Shown piece by piece: positions 1-12,909 of a stretch of DNA of 64,000 nt. Source of the DNA: Phoronis australis. Its lineage: Eukaryota; Animalia; Phoronida. The stretch is taken from NCBI GenBank assembly GCA_002633005.1, contig NMRA01000056.1, positions 133,165 through 197,164 on the forward strand. Reading direction: 5' to 3'. Both the position numbers and the translations under genes were made by a program. Position 1 is the stretch's first letter. Each line of letters opens with the position of its first letter. The notes beneath the pieces are model-generated. The model had not been told where the DNA came from, ran no database searches, and saw only the letters and a list, made by a program, of their open reading frames with translations.

Positions 1-1643
1 AAAAATTGCTTTGTTACTTGATAGGCCAGTTGCCAACATTTCTGCATTGTAGTTTTTTGAGTCCATAACTCATACAATTCATTAGCGTGGCACTTTTCAA
101 ATTACTTAATCTGACAAACTGGCACAGTGCATGCAGGTATCTGCAAATGAAATTTGCCTTGGTGTGGTTTGAGTTGATTGGCGGTGTTTGATTTATGAGA
201 TCCTGGTTTCTCTGCCAAGGTTGGTGGTGGAAAACTCAAAAAGTGCCTGCTTTACAAAGAGAAGGGTCATGCACAAACCAACATGTCCATTCTTGACTAC
301 TCTGCAACCCAGTATTTGTAACGTGTGACTTGGCTGTCTTACAATTAATCACATAACCTAGATGTTTTAAAAAAACTTGATTTTGTAAACGGATGTCATT
401 TTTGATCATTTGTTTTTTTGAATTTAAGGGGAGATGATGCACAATTATAGCTCACACCATGGAGCATACTGAGACAACAGATTTGCAACTACGAGATAGT
501 TCTCATGGAATTCCCAGAGCAGGTGTTACTCTTGCAGTGCACAACTCAGCTTCAGGTTAGGAGCAGATGACGCACTTGCCAGAACAGTGGCGGATCTACG
601 GGGGGGGGGTTCAGGGGGTTTAAACCCCCCCTCGGGCCAGGACCCAAAAATTAAAAAAAACAAAAGCGTCTCCAGCAAACCAAAAACGGCACCGCCAGCG
701 TGTGTAAACCCCAAGTAAACCAACTTGGAAAAAATTGAGAGGGGGGGTTCACTCTGAAAATATAGTTTTTTGCATTGTGAATTGCTGAGTCTTTGTGGCT
801 CATCGGCAAAACGCGTGGGGATTTATTGTGCGCGCGCTTCCGTCGAGACTTCTGAAGTAGCCAAGCATTTTACATGGATCCACTGCCGAAAGAGCAGTTC
901 TATAGCTGATTTCTTTAGGTAACTAGCTTCTTTACTCTAAGATATATTTTGATTTGATTAGGGGAAATACTGTAGTGCCGCAACCCTGATATTCAGGCGA
1001 ATTGACGTGCAGCGTTTTTACTTCGTCTGTCATGCCGTGTCATTCTATTACACTCAACACGTTTGTAACTGGTGTATAGTAAAGTTGTTTTGTGCAATAT
1101 CATACAGTGTACATGTACATGTAATATTGTGTACATGTACATGTAATATTTTTGAAAAAAAATCTTTTTCCGAAGAATTGCTATTGTGGCGGGCGCCGTG
1201 GTCTGGTCGCGAGTCCGTTATGTCTATACAAGGAATGACCAAGGGGGCACTCACATTGAGAAAGTGACCGCATTCGCGAAAAGTATACAGTACCAGAAAT
1301 TGCGGGGAGGCTGTTCTTTCACAACAAAGTCTTGCGGGACTCGTGCGATGTTCAATAGGCCTCCTAAGGAGCCCTAGTTCCGACCTCAACACCTACCGTC
1401 TGTCTACCTGCAATAAGCACACTGCCGTCTTCTATACTGGGAATTTCCGCAGAAAGGCTCACCCGATGAAACGCTCATGCCCATGGGCATTTATTTGATA
1501 TTAGTACTTCGGGTTTCAAGCTTTCAGACATTGGGACGTTTATTTCAAAAATTGCAAGAGATATGCAAATAGGTCCTGGGATTCTTCGTCAAGGTTTGAA
1601 GTAGTCCATGGTGAACGAATCAAATTTAGTTGCGCATGTAAGT

Positions 1644-1877
1644 CTTTTGAATGGACTTGGCAACCTCAAGGGTCTCAGTGTCAAATGAGCTGCGAAACGA
1701 GATGCTGACATTATAGAGGCTTACAAGCTCATTGACACAGCAGTTGACGAAGTGCAAGCGTTGGGAACAAACATCGAAGATATCTGGGTAGAATGGTTCC
1801 AAGACGAGCAAATCATTGGATCCGATATACAAATTCCTCGGCAGTCTAGACAACAGAAGGATAGGACTAACGTATGA
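1644..1877 (+). pseudogene. hAT transposase remnant (THAP12/P52rIPK- or ZMYM1-like)
   Basis: Manual translation LLNGLGNLKGLSVK*AAKRDADIIEAYKLIDTAVDEVQALGTNIEDIWVEWFQDEQIIGSDIQIPRQSRQQKDRTNV* resembles the LSxKLQxxxxDIxxAY...PR...Q..R.N segment of these transposases. In-frame stop present. Confidence 0.75.
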
Positions 1878-1935
1878 GTAACCACTGGGGATTAAAATTT
1901 TAGAGAGAAGTTTTCAATTCAAAATTTTTTGCATA

Positions 1936-2233
1936 GTACACTTTAGGTCTCGCGACGGACCAGGCCAGCTTGATTTGTGTAGATGTTGAGTTTCAGTGTA
2001 CTTCTGGTCCCTCGGCGAACTAGTCTTGTGATTTTTTTACCAAAGTGTGCTTTGTAAAACTATTTATCTCAGCCAGTACTGTTTGGTCCCGCGACAGATC
2101 GACTATTTTTATAGGGATAATAAGCACAGGTGTACTCTTGGTCTCGTGACGGACCAGGTCAGCTTTTTGTGTACTCTCAGTGTACATCTGGTCCCTCTGC
2201 AAACTAGTCCAGTGTATCTTTTCACCACTGTGC
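1936..2233 (+). repeat. Diverged ~100-bp direct repeat inside the hAT element
   Basis: GGTCTCG(C/T)GACGGACCAGG(C/T)CAGCT...CAGTGTAC.TCTGGTCCCTC...ACTAGTC occurs at 1946 and 2140 (offset 194). Confidence 0.75.
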
Positions 2234-3360
2234 ACAGGATGTTTTGGTTTCGTGAAACTGTTTTCAGATGATTTGTTTCCTGATAGATTTGACGTTTTTC
2301 AATTGTTGTCAACGTGATTCAGTTTAATAAAGTGAAACCTAATTATTTATTGTCGCTTTTAATAATAGACTATGAGTTGAGAGCACCATCGTTCGCCAGT
2401 TTTTCTCGTAACGAGACAGAACACATGTTTATTTCCGGACTAACAGTACAGGTCTTCGTTCTTAAACAACTTGAGGCTGCTGTTAGGCGATCATCTGATA
2501 TTCAAGTTTTTACGCCCCGTCGGTGCTCCTTAATTATGCTCTTGAATATTTGGAAATTGTCTAAACCCTTGTATACACGCCACACTTTTTCGTATACGAC
2601 TTTTCGTATGCTAAAAAAGGTGTGTGTAAGCAGATGTTCCAACAAAAATTTTTGCTGGTGGCGTGACTCATACCCAGATGTGCACAATATGGTTTCACGA
2701 AACCTTATGTGCCAAGTTCATGTGACGAAATCGAGAAGGGTTTTTAATTATCTTAAGAAAAACTCCAGAGACATGTTAAGTGCCAGAAACTTACCAGGGT
2801 GCATGGAAATTTCACTATTTGGCTACAAAAACAGAAAAATATCTTACACGGGAGGGGAAACCCCCTCCCGACCTCCCCACGCTCGGCGCCACGTGCCTAA
2901 GATTCGACCTTTGCGGGAATCCTAAACCCCCCCCTTGGTGAAAACGTAGATCCGCCACTGCAGAAGTAAGACATGCATAACACCAAGCACAGCTAGTGAC
3001 TAGTGATGTAACAAGCAATAGCAGTGGTAGAGGTTTATGGACAAGATCACAAATTTTGTGTATTGGGAATATACAGTGTCCGTGGTCCATGTACTACAGT
3101 CTGTGTTGGCACATGGCTTATTTGATTCTGGTGTTTTTGAGTGGGATTGCATATGAGAAAGTTATTGTGAGCCCTTGTTAAGTTAGTAGAAACTAATGAA
3201 CCCGTCCAGGTGAAGCTTAGCAAATCATTGCAATAGTTTATGTCTCTGTCTCTGATGCTGTGCCTGTAATGAACCACGGATGATAAGGTGTGCGAACCTT
3301 GCACTGAAATTTACGTGGAATGAGTGCTTACTGCAGCCAATCCCGAGCTTAAAGTTCCTT

Positions 3361-3537
3361 GCCAATCCCATGCCCAATCCCATGCCCAATGTCGTGCCCA
3401 AGACTTCGCCTAATCCTGCATCCAATCCCGTGCCCAATTCCTTGCCAGTTCTATACCATGCCCAGTACCGTGCCTGATCCTGCACCCTATCTCGCGCCCA
3501 ATTCCACTCCCTATTCTACGCCCAATCCTACGCCCTA
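3361..3537 (+). repeat. Degenerate 12-bp minisatellite (CCCAATCCCRTG-like)
   Basis: Successive diverged 12-mers. These account for the Pro/Asn-rich ORF 3280-3477. Confidence 0.75.
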
Positions 3538-3706
3538 AATTCAGACTCTCAGTAGTAGACATTACAACTTACTCCTGTTGAGTGCCTATTCCAGATGACC
3601 CCCCCCTCCCCTCACCCTGGCCTGATCTCAATCTTTCCTTTGTTAAGCGCCTGAAGCTGATGGGAGACAAATGCCACTTATCTAAAACAATGAATGAATA
3701 CATTAA

Positions 3707-4586
3707 AGGCAAAGGCAACCTTTTTCATGTCTTTTTAGCAAAAATAAGGTTCGTTGGTTATCCCAGACACATTTTCCACTTAATTACAGCTTTTTGTAAT
3801 TTAATTAATTATTCCTTGTCTACTTCGCAAGTGACGTTTTAGTAGGTAAGAATTTCCCGCCTATTTCTTTTCGTATAGTCTGACTGTGAGAGCTGCCGAG
3901 TCAGTCATTGTTCAATCTCAGTTTTGATAAGTTCGGTAGTTTTGTGATTTTGTTTACGAGTCAGTCAACATGCCACACTGTCGCTGTGTATTGGGATGTA
4001 CTCATTATCGTCTCGCGGACAGAGGAACAACTGTCCCACTTGCCCGAGTGTCCGCGACACACTCCCACTGATAGTGACCTGAGCGCACAAACTGTTTACA
4101 CCCCGCCGTGTGACTCCCTCACCACAAACCTGGCACCTTCTAAATAGCTCCAATACTTTAGACAAATCCAGAATAATCTTATCAAAGTTTGGCTCGCCGA
4201 TCTGTTCATCGAACGACGAACTGTCCTCTTCACTGGGTTTCGAACGGGGCCTGTATTCACTCCCACTACTCAACATCGCAGCAGGGCTGCTTACAGGCTT
4301 TGGGCCATAATGAGTAGATCCCTGTACGCAGCAACTGTGTGGCATGTTGACTGACTCGTAAACAAAAACTAACGATGACTGAACTTATGACAACCGAGGT
4401 AAATGAATGACTGACTCGACAATGCTCATATAGTCAGACTATGGGAAAAGAAATTGGCGTGAAATCCTTGCCTCCCAAAACGTCACTTCCGGAGTAGATA
4501 ACGAATAATCAATCAAATTACGAAAAGCTGTAATTAAGTGGAAAATATGTCTGGGATAATTTATCGAACCTTATTTTTGCTAAAAA
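3707..4586. mobile_element. Internally deleted Kolobok-like DNA transposon with long imperfect TIRs
   Basis: TTAA (3703-3706) followed by an AGG terminus. ~260-bp inverted repeats at 3732-3990 and 4325-4586, with the right tip missing. Each arm carries an inward-pointing ATG CCA CAC that starts a THAP-like MPH.CCV.G peptide. Confidence 0.75.
3965..4345 (-). pseudogene. Kolobok-type THAP-start protein/transposase remnant
   Basis: The ORF begins MPHSCCVQG (THAP N-terminal MPxxCCVxGC pattern). It contains KIILDLSKVLELFRRCQVCG, resembling the K.IV..S.L.ELF..C..CG motif I recall from Kolobok transposases. No catalytic core. Confidence 0.6.
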
Positions 4587-5306
4587 TTCTCGTTTGGGAG
4601 GGTGAAAAATGGATGATTTTGCTCAACGTTGAGCTTGTACCAAGCTTTAGAAATCAGAGAAATTGGACGTTAACAATTTTGATCAGTCATTCATCTCCGT
4701 ATTGCACACTGTGAGGTAACATGAAAACATCACATCAGTGGCTGTTTTCTTCAATTTTATTATCAACAAATAAATGATCATTCACCAAGACGTCAGTTTT
4801 ACCCTATGGGGATGTATGAAAACATTGGTTTGATGGCTGTTTTTGAAGATTTCATGAACCTGCAACTGATATTTTCAGACTCTGTAGATGGAAAACACTG
4901 TGCCCGATATTAGCAAAATATCGATGAATGCCATAATCTCATTGGTTCCAATCTTCAGAATCAGGAAATTATCATTTAGTTTCCGTGTAGTGTGTATTGG
5001 TGTACCAAAATTTTGGGATTGTCCCAAACTGGAGAATGAGGTATTATTACAGTAGCCAAATTTGGACATTTTTCTAGGCTCCTACATAACATAAATGATA
5101 TTTCAAAGACCAGTTCCTTTATATTTAGTACTAGTCATTAGTTAAAATACTGTCCTTTACTAAATTCACTAGACGGTTAAGAACATGCAACTTAGTGTCC
5201 TCTATCCAAAGATATTGCACAATTACTAATATTTCGTAAAGTAAGCTTTTTGTGCATGCTATGAACATTCCCACTAAATAAGATTGGTCCTAACCCCAGT
5301 GGTTAA

Positions 5307-6388
5307 GGTAAACAGTGGGGTATGGAAAATTGAAGTAGACCGTATTTATCCACCTTGGCTGAGTCGCACTCGGCTCACGATCAAAGGGATGCCGCCAAGC
5401 TGCTCTAGTCATCGAGTCACGAGCGAAGATAATTGGCTTCGCTCATGCGGATATGATCAGCTGATTACAATCTAGTTAGCAGACTGTACTTTTTATGGAG
5501 AGAGTTTTACGTAGTTTTTACTGTAATATTTGAAAAGAGGAGTGAAAACAAATATGAGTACAACTTTGAATTTTTCAAATCGGCCCAGGATAAGAGATTT
5601 TGCAACACAGCAACACTCACGATTACTTTCATTGGCGCGCATTAATACAAAAATATAGGACCCAAGTTATTTATTTAGTTTTTGGAACACATGCATTGCA
5701 ATATTCAAAATACGTACGTTTATTATGAATCTTACAAGCTGTAAAACGACGTTGTTAATTTCATTGTGTTCATTCATTGTCATCCGTCAAATCGGCAATT
5801 TCCGAGATGTGATCTGCGGCATGCGCGTATGTGTACAAAACACATGATTGTTATGTTCCTGAAGTACGAAAATTAAGAAGGCTTTAGCATGCCGTTATTA
5901 TTGACAGGGACACATAAAACAAATTTGGATTTTGACTATAGTCTTGATACAGCGAGCTGGCTGACCACTGCGTCAGTGTCTCCGTTAGACCCAGAAATTT
6001 CACACAGCCCGGGTAGTTCACCTCGTCCCCAACAAGTAGATCGAGCCTTGGACTATTAATACTCCACGGCAGAGCTAACGACAGTCGCCCTGTGCACACA
6101 AATTCTGTGAGCTAACCAGCACTCACCTTGTATGTTGCAGCCGTTTAAGTGAAAAACAATCTAGTAAACGCCATTTTCTTGCATAATCCTCCGCCTTTTG
6201 TAACAAAAAAGTCTGTCGTCGATGACCCGCACATGCACGCTCACTCACTCTCATACGCAGACGAACTTCAAAACAAACATCACGTGACAACAACATGTGT
6301 GTTCATCCAGAGATTTTTCTCGTGTTGTGGGGTACGATATAGCGCAGATTTGGACTTAATTGCAATTAATCTGGACTCCACATGAACT
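5307..6388. mobile_element. Possible TTAA-flanked (Kolobok-type) non-autonomous element
   Basis: TTAA|GGTAAACAGTGGGG on the left and CTCCACATGAACT|TTAA on the right. TIR similarity is weak. Confidence 0.3.
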
Positions 6389-7311
6389 TTAAAAATTGTA
6401 ACACATAAGGAAGATTTCAGGTAATTTGTTGAGTCGAAACTATATTTTTATTCAAGAGTTCAAGTTTTCCCATTGACGATCGCGATTCAGCAACGCATCA
6501 GTCGGCAAGTTTTCGCCCTGTGATGAGCACAATTTTTTGAAAAATTATTGCAATTTAACAACGGAAGTTGATAGCAATGCACCACAATTTTGTAGAAAGG
6601 CTGTCATAGGCTACAACTACGTCACAGAGCGTAAATTTGATGAATCCTAGCTTCCGATTTTACCCGTTTGGGAAACCGGGTTTCAACTGCCGTAGGCTCA
6701 CTACAATAAGCGTCCCCTCCCCGTGAAATGAATTTTTCTAAGCGTTTGTTTGAGCCAATACAGTATACAGCTTTCCACCAAGGCTAGGTGATGCAAGACA
6801 TTATTCTTTGTTGCATTATAGTAACTGGTCTTGGCTAATTATCATTTTATGGCCTGGTCATCCATTCAGCCAAAAGTAGTTCCAGAGGTGGCTTATCAGC
6901 CAATTATTCACGCATGCTGACTCACAATAGAAGCCTGATAAGAGTGAAGGTGGATAAATGCGGTGTTCCTACAGTTTCTTGTTTTAGTGGATGTGTTCAC
7001 GACATGGTGTTTGAGATTTCTAACAATTTCATTGAATGTGAAATTCAGTTATTGTGTCCATTTCGTTGGATCACCACCAGAAAAAACTTAAAAATCAAGT
7101 CGTGTTTAAAGCACATTATGTGTTTTGTGATTCGGTTTTTGCTAAATTGATTTGGTGTGTTAAAATTTTGTTCAGTAACTTTTTTGAACTATAATGAAGT
7201 GGAAAAAATATCTTTAGTTAGGGTATTTTCCTACATTTGCTTCAACTGTTTTGATGTTAAACTTTAACTTCGCGGCTTGTAGCTAACCGGAATATCATGC
7301 ATGTACACGGA

Positions 7312-7804
7312 AGTCGCTTTCCCATTAGAGGTGAGACTTCGCTTTTACCGAAGTTTCGGTAAGTGGGAAAGGTTACTTCTGGTAGTTAATTTGCAAGCAA
7401 AACTTTGCTGAAAATAGTAGGATTTAAATGTGAAGCTTCGGTACTCACTGAAACTTTGGTGTAGTGGGAAAGTACTGAGTGAAGCTTGCCCGAAGTTATC
7501 AGTAGAGGTCGCTGCAATGAATACGATCATGTGAGACTCACAAAACGTGTTCTTTGTTATTGTAACATAGCCAACGTGCTCTCAATAGATGGACGTAAAT
7601 AAATAAAAGAAAGCATATCTGATGAAGAATAACACTGATCATTTTCATAAACACTCCTAAATGGCAGGAGAATAATTTTCAGTTAGTCTTGAACCCATTA
7701 CTCAATATTCTTGTGAGCATGTGAACTGCGTTGGTATCTTGGTGATGACTTTGATATCGTTGTCAGAAAGGTTCAACTGAAGTTCCCTTAATGGGAAAGC
7801 GCCT
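7312..7804. mobile_element. PIF/Harbinger-type MITE (family A)
   Basis: TIR CGCTTTCCCATTA ... TAATGGGAAAGCG. The right half is homologous to 36985-37282. Confidence 0.75.
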
Positions 7805-10512
7805 TTAGTGCACAACAAACTGTCTTCCCCTCAACTGTTAAGGTAACTTTCCGACTGTTGTTCTCTTGCATAACCTTACGAGACTGTTTGCAGAAGGCCT
7901 GATTATCAGTAAGTAGGTGTTATGTTCAGCTGATTATAGAGTTAAATTTGTTGACACCTGTACTGATACAACTGGCGACCACTTTATCGGTCATTTCACT
8001 GGTGGTCACTGTGTCCGAGGGGAGCAGTACAAGAAGACTTTCAATAGGCTAAGGAGCTGCTTGCATGAAAGCCACCTATATCTAGTTAGTCAAAAATAAA
8101 CAAAAATAAACTAAATATTGCTTTTGGCAATTTATCTCACCACATGAGGGAAACAACAACCTGTTGTTGTTGCAAACATGCTTGTCTGAAGGAAAATGTT
8201 TTTAACACCAGGTCATGGTTTATAATGGCTTTAAAGGTAAAGAAATTTTGACACATTCATACTTAAGAGCATGGACTAACAATATTTTACTCAAATGGAT
8301 TTGTGATATTGCGATTTCTCAACATGTTGATATATCACATTTCATGTGTGGAGGTTCTTGCTTATACGGAAAATCTCATCAATTTTGGACAAAATTAATC
8401 ACACGAAAATCGTCCTTATTTCATCTTCAATGGTGTCTAACTTTGTTGAGAATGCCGGCGATTTTTCATAATATCGTCCAATTGTAGCTATGGAAAAGAA
8501 CTTGAAAATGGTAAAATGTTACTTTGATGTTACTTGTAGTTTAGGAAAATGAGAGAAAACAAAATTTCACAATTTCACTTATCTTCCATTTATTGTCATA
8601 AGTTGGTGAGATATTACAGTAACCTTTGTGTGAACCATCATAGACACAAAAACACATCATTCATTCCATTCGTCCTATGTATTCAAGAAACAGCTTAGTG
8701 GTTCTTGTTCATTTCTAGTGTGGCCTTGGTGGCAATTGCTTCTATCTGATGAAATTGTCAATAGATGGCGCTGGAATCTAATGTTTTGTGTCAACCCATC
8801 TCATGATGTAGGTCTGCACTGCAGTTTTACATCTGAAATATTCCTTATGAGGATTAAAATTCATGGTTATAGATGTGAAAAAGCATATATTTGTTAGCAT
8901 GAATGAAAGATGGAACTAGTACATAGTTACAAACATTGTGTTGCAGAGGCATTTGTTTTGATTTTCATCATGATTCATGATGTAATAGACTGAAGTGTTG
9001 GGAGTGTTCATGTAACATTGATTTTCAGGTATTATGGCAAAAAATTGTCCTGTTTGCAACAGTCTGAAATTTGGGCCACCGAAATTCAAGCCAAAATTTA
9101 ATTTTCCTGCCCTGAAGGTTGGGACATCAGCGATTTGGTACCCATCATATTTCTCAAATATCAGACATTAAGTTCTGTATCAACAGAGTTAACTTGGTAG
9201 CTCATAAAACGCCTAAAATAGTCACCGAAACCATGTTTTATACGTCTCCGTAGCCTCGAAGAGAATGGTCTTATGACGTTGATCATAATCGTTGAACTGG
9301 CGAAAGCCCATCATGCTTATTTCTAAAGTTTAGCGCAAGCGTAGACCTTGAGCAAAATAATTGATTCATTACCGTCTCGGTCTTTTCCTACCCATCAAAT
9401 TAAATCTGCTAATAGCAAAGCATCAATGTAAACAGTCAAGTTGACTCGAGCTTTTTCATTAGCTTTAGCAGTTAACAGAAAGTGGAGTTACCACTAGGCG
9501 GCGCTATCATCTACAAAATAATTGCATAATATGACCTTCCCAAATATTAACCACACCCCGTTGTTGATAACATCTGTGACACCTGCCATTAACTTAGATT
9601 TACGCCAAAGTTGAGCATTCCAAATGTAGTAAGATATCGACACTTTTCTGTTAAGTCCAACTTGTAAAGAGAAGTGAACTGAACGTTGATCAAAGATGCA
9701 ATTTAGGCATTTGCACTGACTGATACACTATTAACACGGATACCTGGAGGTTTGTGGGAAAGGCCTTCTACCTTGGTAGTTTAATGGTTCGCTACCTGAA
9801 GTCACCTGTCCTGTAGATGTACAGTTGCTACAGTAAAATTTAACAGATGGATTAACCATACATTGTGACTGACAAGTGAAATTACGTTTTTGATTTTCTT
9901 TGAATAAAAGATAATAGCATCAAACATCAGTCCTTAGTTCTAAACTGTCAAACTACAATCTGACAATGTTTTGAGAAAGTGTGGAGAATCCCAGCCGACA
10001 GTGTTAGAAGATTTTTACTATTGCTCGGTAGGCATGAACTTAAACAAAGATTGTGAACTCATTCAGTTTATATTTAGGTCAGTGTAGCCCAAAGGTGGAG
10101 TTTGATAAATTTTCAAGAAAAATAAACATTGAGGAAATAGTTCGTCAATGTTAACACTGCACTGTGTATGAATAGTCGCGAAATAGCATTTGATAAATTT
10201 AAAAAATAACTTTGGCATTGATTTTTGCGAGGAATAACTGCAAACTCACAATAATAGGTGCTGAATTGTTATCATAGAAATGTGAGTTGAACTTAGTACT
10301 ATCGAGTGTGACGCAAACAAAATTAAGGGTGTGAGCAGAAGCAGTTATGATTTTGCAATGTACTAGAAATAATTTCTAACCATGAGGCAATATTATTGTA
10401 ATTTTCTGATGCTCAAGATATGATTGATCTGTTTTGTTTCCGTTTATGGTAAAAATTATTTAATTTCTGACAAAAGTAATTGCTAAAAATTGCAATATTT
10501 CTATTTTCCAGA

Positions 10513-10662
10513 GGCTTACCACATTGTTGCAAATGCTCAAAATTTTACCAAATGTTGTTTGGTAATAGCTACCCTATACAGACCATGTTGACATCAAATT
10601 GTCCTGAAATGTTATTTTCGTTGAGAAATTTGAAAAAAATGAAATTTCACCTGTCTGCCATA
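10513..10662 (-). repeat. Copy of an abundant old dispersed repeat (ATATGG..GACAAGTGAAATT family)
   Basis: Aligns by eye with 61810-61972 (same orientation) and 32025-32195 (opposite). Further fragments near 9866, 12965, 38600, 42385, 42830 and 61545. Confidence 0.8.
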
Positions 10663-12766
10663 TCAATTTGTGTCTCAGTTTTTACCCTAAGCTGTGTTCA
10701 GACCAACTAAAACCTGTGTGTATCTCTTTCAATGGCTTTAGCTGTTATGTAACCATTATCTTTAAATCGGTTTTAAAAGTTATTACCGCTTTGGCGTGAA
10801 CAGGGCATTAGTGGAATTTTGAGTGAACAAAAATTGACAAGTGTTAATTTTGCAAATATTGAAAATTATTTATGCCTGATGTATATGGTGCCATTGTTGA
10901 AAGAACCCTCTTGTCGTAAAGTTGATGAATAAAACAAATATGTCCTCCTCCAAAAATGCGCTTAAACATCTACTGAAATCCGGAGACTGAAGTTGTCAAT
11001 GGAGTAAAAGTCATCATGTTGGAGCAATACCATCCATTGATAGGTTTCAAATAAGAAACTTACAATTACGTCTTGAAAATCACTAGACATCGTTGAACTT
11101 CAAGGCACCGAACCGCTACTTGACGTCCATTTCTTTTCGTCTAGATTCCGTTAGCAAATTCTTGACTAAATCTCAACAGGTGTAATGCTTTACACATTTT
11201 GTTGAAGTCATAGTTGAGACTTATTACAAAGTGTCATTCACAAACAATGAGTGGCTTGTCACATTAAACTGTGTAAAAATCGCCATTAAAATTCTATTTT
11301 ATTGTGACAAAAGTTGGACTAAACTGCCAAATAATTCTGGCTTAGTTTGAAGGAGTCTGACAAAGTTCTGTCAAAGTCCGTTCAGTTTATTTTGAAAGTA
11401 ACTTATTTGCCAGGTAAAACCTGGCCCTGTTATAGACCACTGGCTCTGCTGACTGAGGGCCTGTAGGGAATCCGAATTCCAGTGAATTTGCTTTGCACCT
11501 TTTGAACAGTCATGGACGTCAGGAACTGTCCAAGAAATGCAATTATCTTATTAAATTAATTTAAATGTTGCGTGTATGAATTCACAGCGCGCAAATCCCT
11601 CGAGATAGTTGTCATTTCTTGATATCGCGTGCATGCGTAAATACTTAATCAATTTCTTAATAATCCAATTATTTTGAAATGGCTCTAATAGAATTTCTGT
11701 TGCCAATTCCTAACACATTAAAAATGGTCAACGTCAGTCCACAGTTTTAATTATACTGTATTCGTTGGGCTTAGCGCAGAGGGCATTTGAACTGAGAATT
11801 TTGAAACGTGGGGTAAAGGGTTAGGTGAATGCGAATAGCAGCATCACTCTGGATTCAAATTTCCCATCCACAAGACTTAAGTGTAGAACTCCTTTATTTT
11901 ACAAAAGATTCAACATCTGTGTGGCTGCTATTCATTTCTGAAGGACATATAAAGTGATTTTCAATTTTGTCAGCATTTTGGCGGTGTGTTATTTTGAACA
12001 TATAATGAAACATTCACGACTTTTCGTAAAATAAATCCCTGATTTTTAATGTTGGTCTAGTTGTTATAACTACACCAGCATATATAGTACACTGAGAACT
12101 GGTGCAAGAAAACTCCTGGCAATCTCCCTAACCACAATTAATGTAATAATGGTGCCAGTTATGTGTGATTTTCAGCGCTATTGACATGTTCAATTGTTGA
12201 GGCTGAGCCTTGTATTGTAACCAAATACAATAAATGGTGCATAATGATGGTCTGGCATAATTACCAACACAAATTCTATAAATTATTATAGATTTTGTGA
12301 GCTCTAGTGTTTTTAGCAGCCTGCCTGTGGAAATTCTAGAGGGCATCTAACAGTACAGACAGTTTGCAATATAAACAGTATTGGTATTTGTGAAATGTTT
12401 GCCTTCTTTTTTAATGTTTATTATGAATATTGTAATGTACAATAATTGGAATTGAGCCTTCTTTGATGTTGCCATAGTCTGTGATTGCTTTTGGTTCAGA
12501 TGTGCCCTTCGTTGTGTGTACTGAGATCAATTAAGCATAGAAGATATTCAAGTTTCAAAGAATACAATTTTATATCGTATACTATTGCTGTGTTCGAAAA
12601 ACCTGTGCTGAATGAGCAGCTCTCAGGTGTGTACCGCACGCTGGCTCTGCTTCGATAGGTTTGTGGGCTTCCTACAGTGTGTTGCATTCACATTGTCTGC
12701 CTGTGTGCCCCTCTTCCAACTGTCACGTGAATTTCACTGTTTAGTTCGCTACGTATATGTTCACTC

Positions 12767-12815
12767 CACTTATTTCCTGATGATGAGACATGCAGTCGCG
12801 AAATATGGCTTAGTG
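12767..12815 (+). ncRNA. Degenerate minimal hammerhead ribozyme motif 1 (Penelope pLTR)
   Basis: CTGATGA (12777-12783), T, stem II GAGAC/GTCGC with loop ATGCA, GAAA (12800-12803). Outer CACT/AGTG pairing. The cleavage-site region is non-canonical. Confidence 0.55.
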
Positions 12816-12861
12816 TTTTAATTTGTTTGTTTGTTATGTCTCTCGGTGTTTTACCACATAC

Positions 12862-12909
12862 CTGCACACCTGAAGAAAGGAAACTGCTCCGAAACTACGA
12901 GTGTACCAG
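12862..12909 (+). ncRNA. Degenerate minimal hammerhead ribozyme motif 2 (Penelope pLTR)
   Basis: Stem I ACAC/GTGT plus CTG/CAG, CTGAAGA (12870-12876), stem II GGA/TCC, GAAAC (12891-12895). No clean GUH triplet. Confidence 0.55.

Larger units (their letters stand above)
585..2960 (+). mobile_element. Non-autonomous (internally deleted) hAT DNA transposon
   Basis: Perfect 16-bp TIRs CAGTGGCGGATCTACG (585-600) and CGTAGATCCGCCACTG (2945-2960). Flanking direct repeat CAGAA at 580-584 and 2961-2965. G/C-run subterminal hairpins. Internal hAT transposase remnant. Confidence 0.9.

Noticed and set aside
2314-2925. 203-aa ORF as a real gene
   Set aside because: It has a GTG start, no recognisable domain, and lies in the subterminal region of the hAT element.
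3280-3477. Pro/Asn-repeat protein
   Set aside because: It is a by-product of a 12-bp minisatellite, with no splice or homology support.
8152-8171. AACAACAAC-CT-GTTGTTGTT hairpin as a terminator
   Set aside because: It is a low-complexity trinucleotide palindrome in eukaryotic DNA and is expected by chance.
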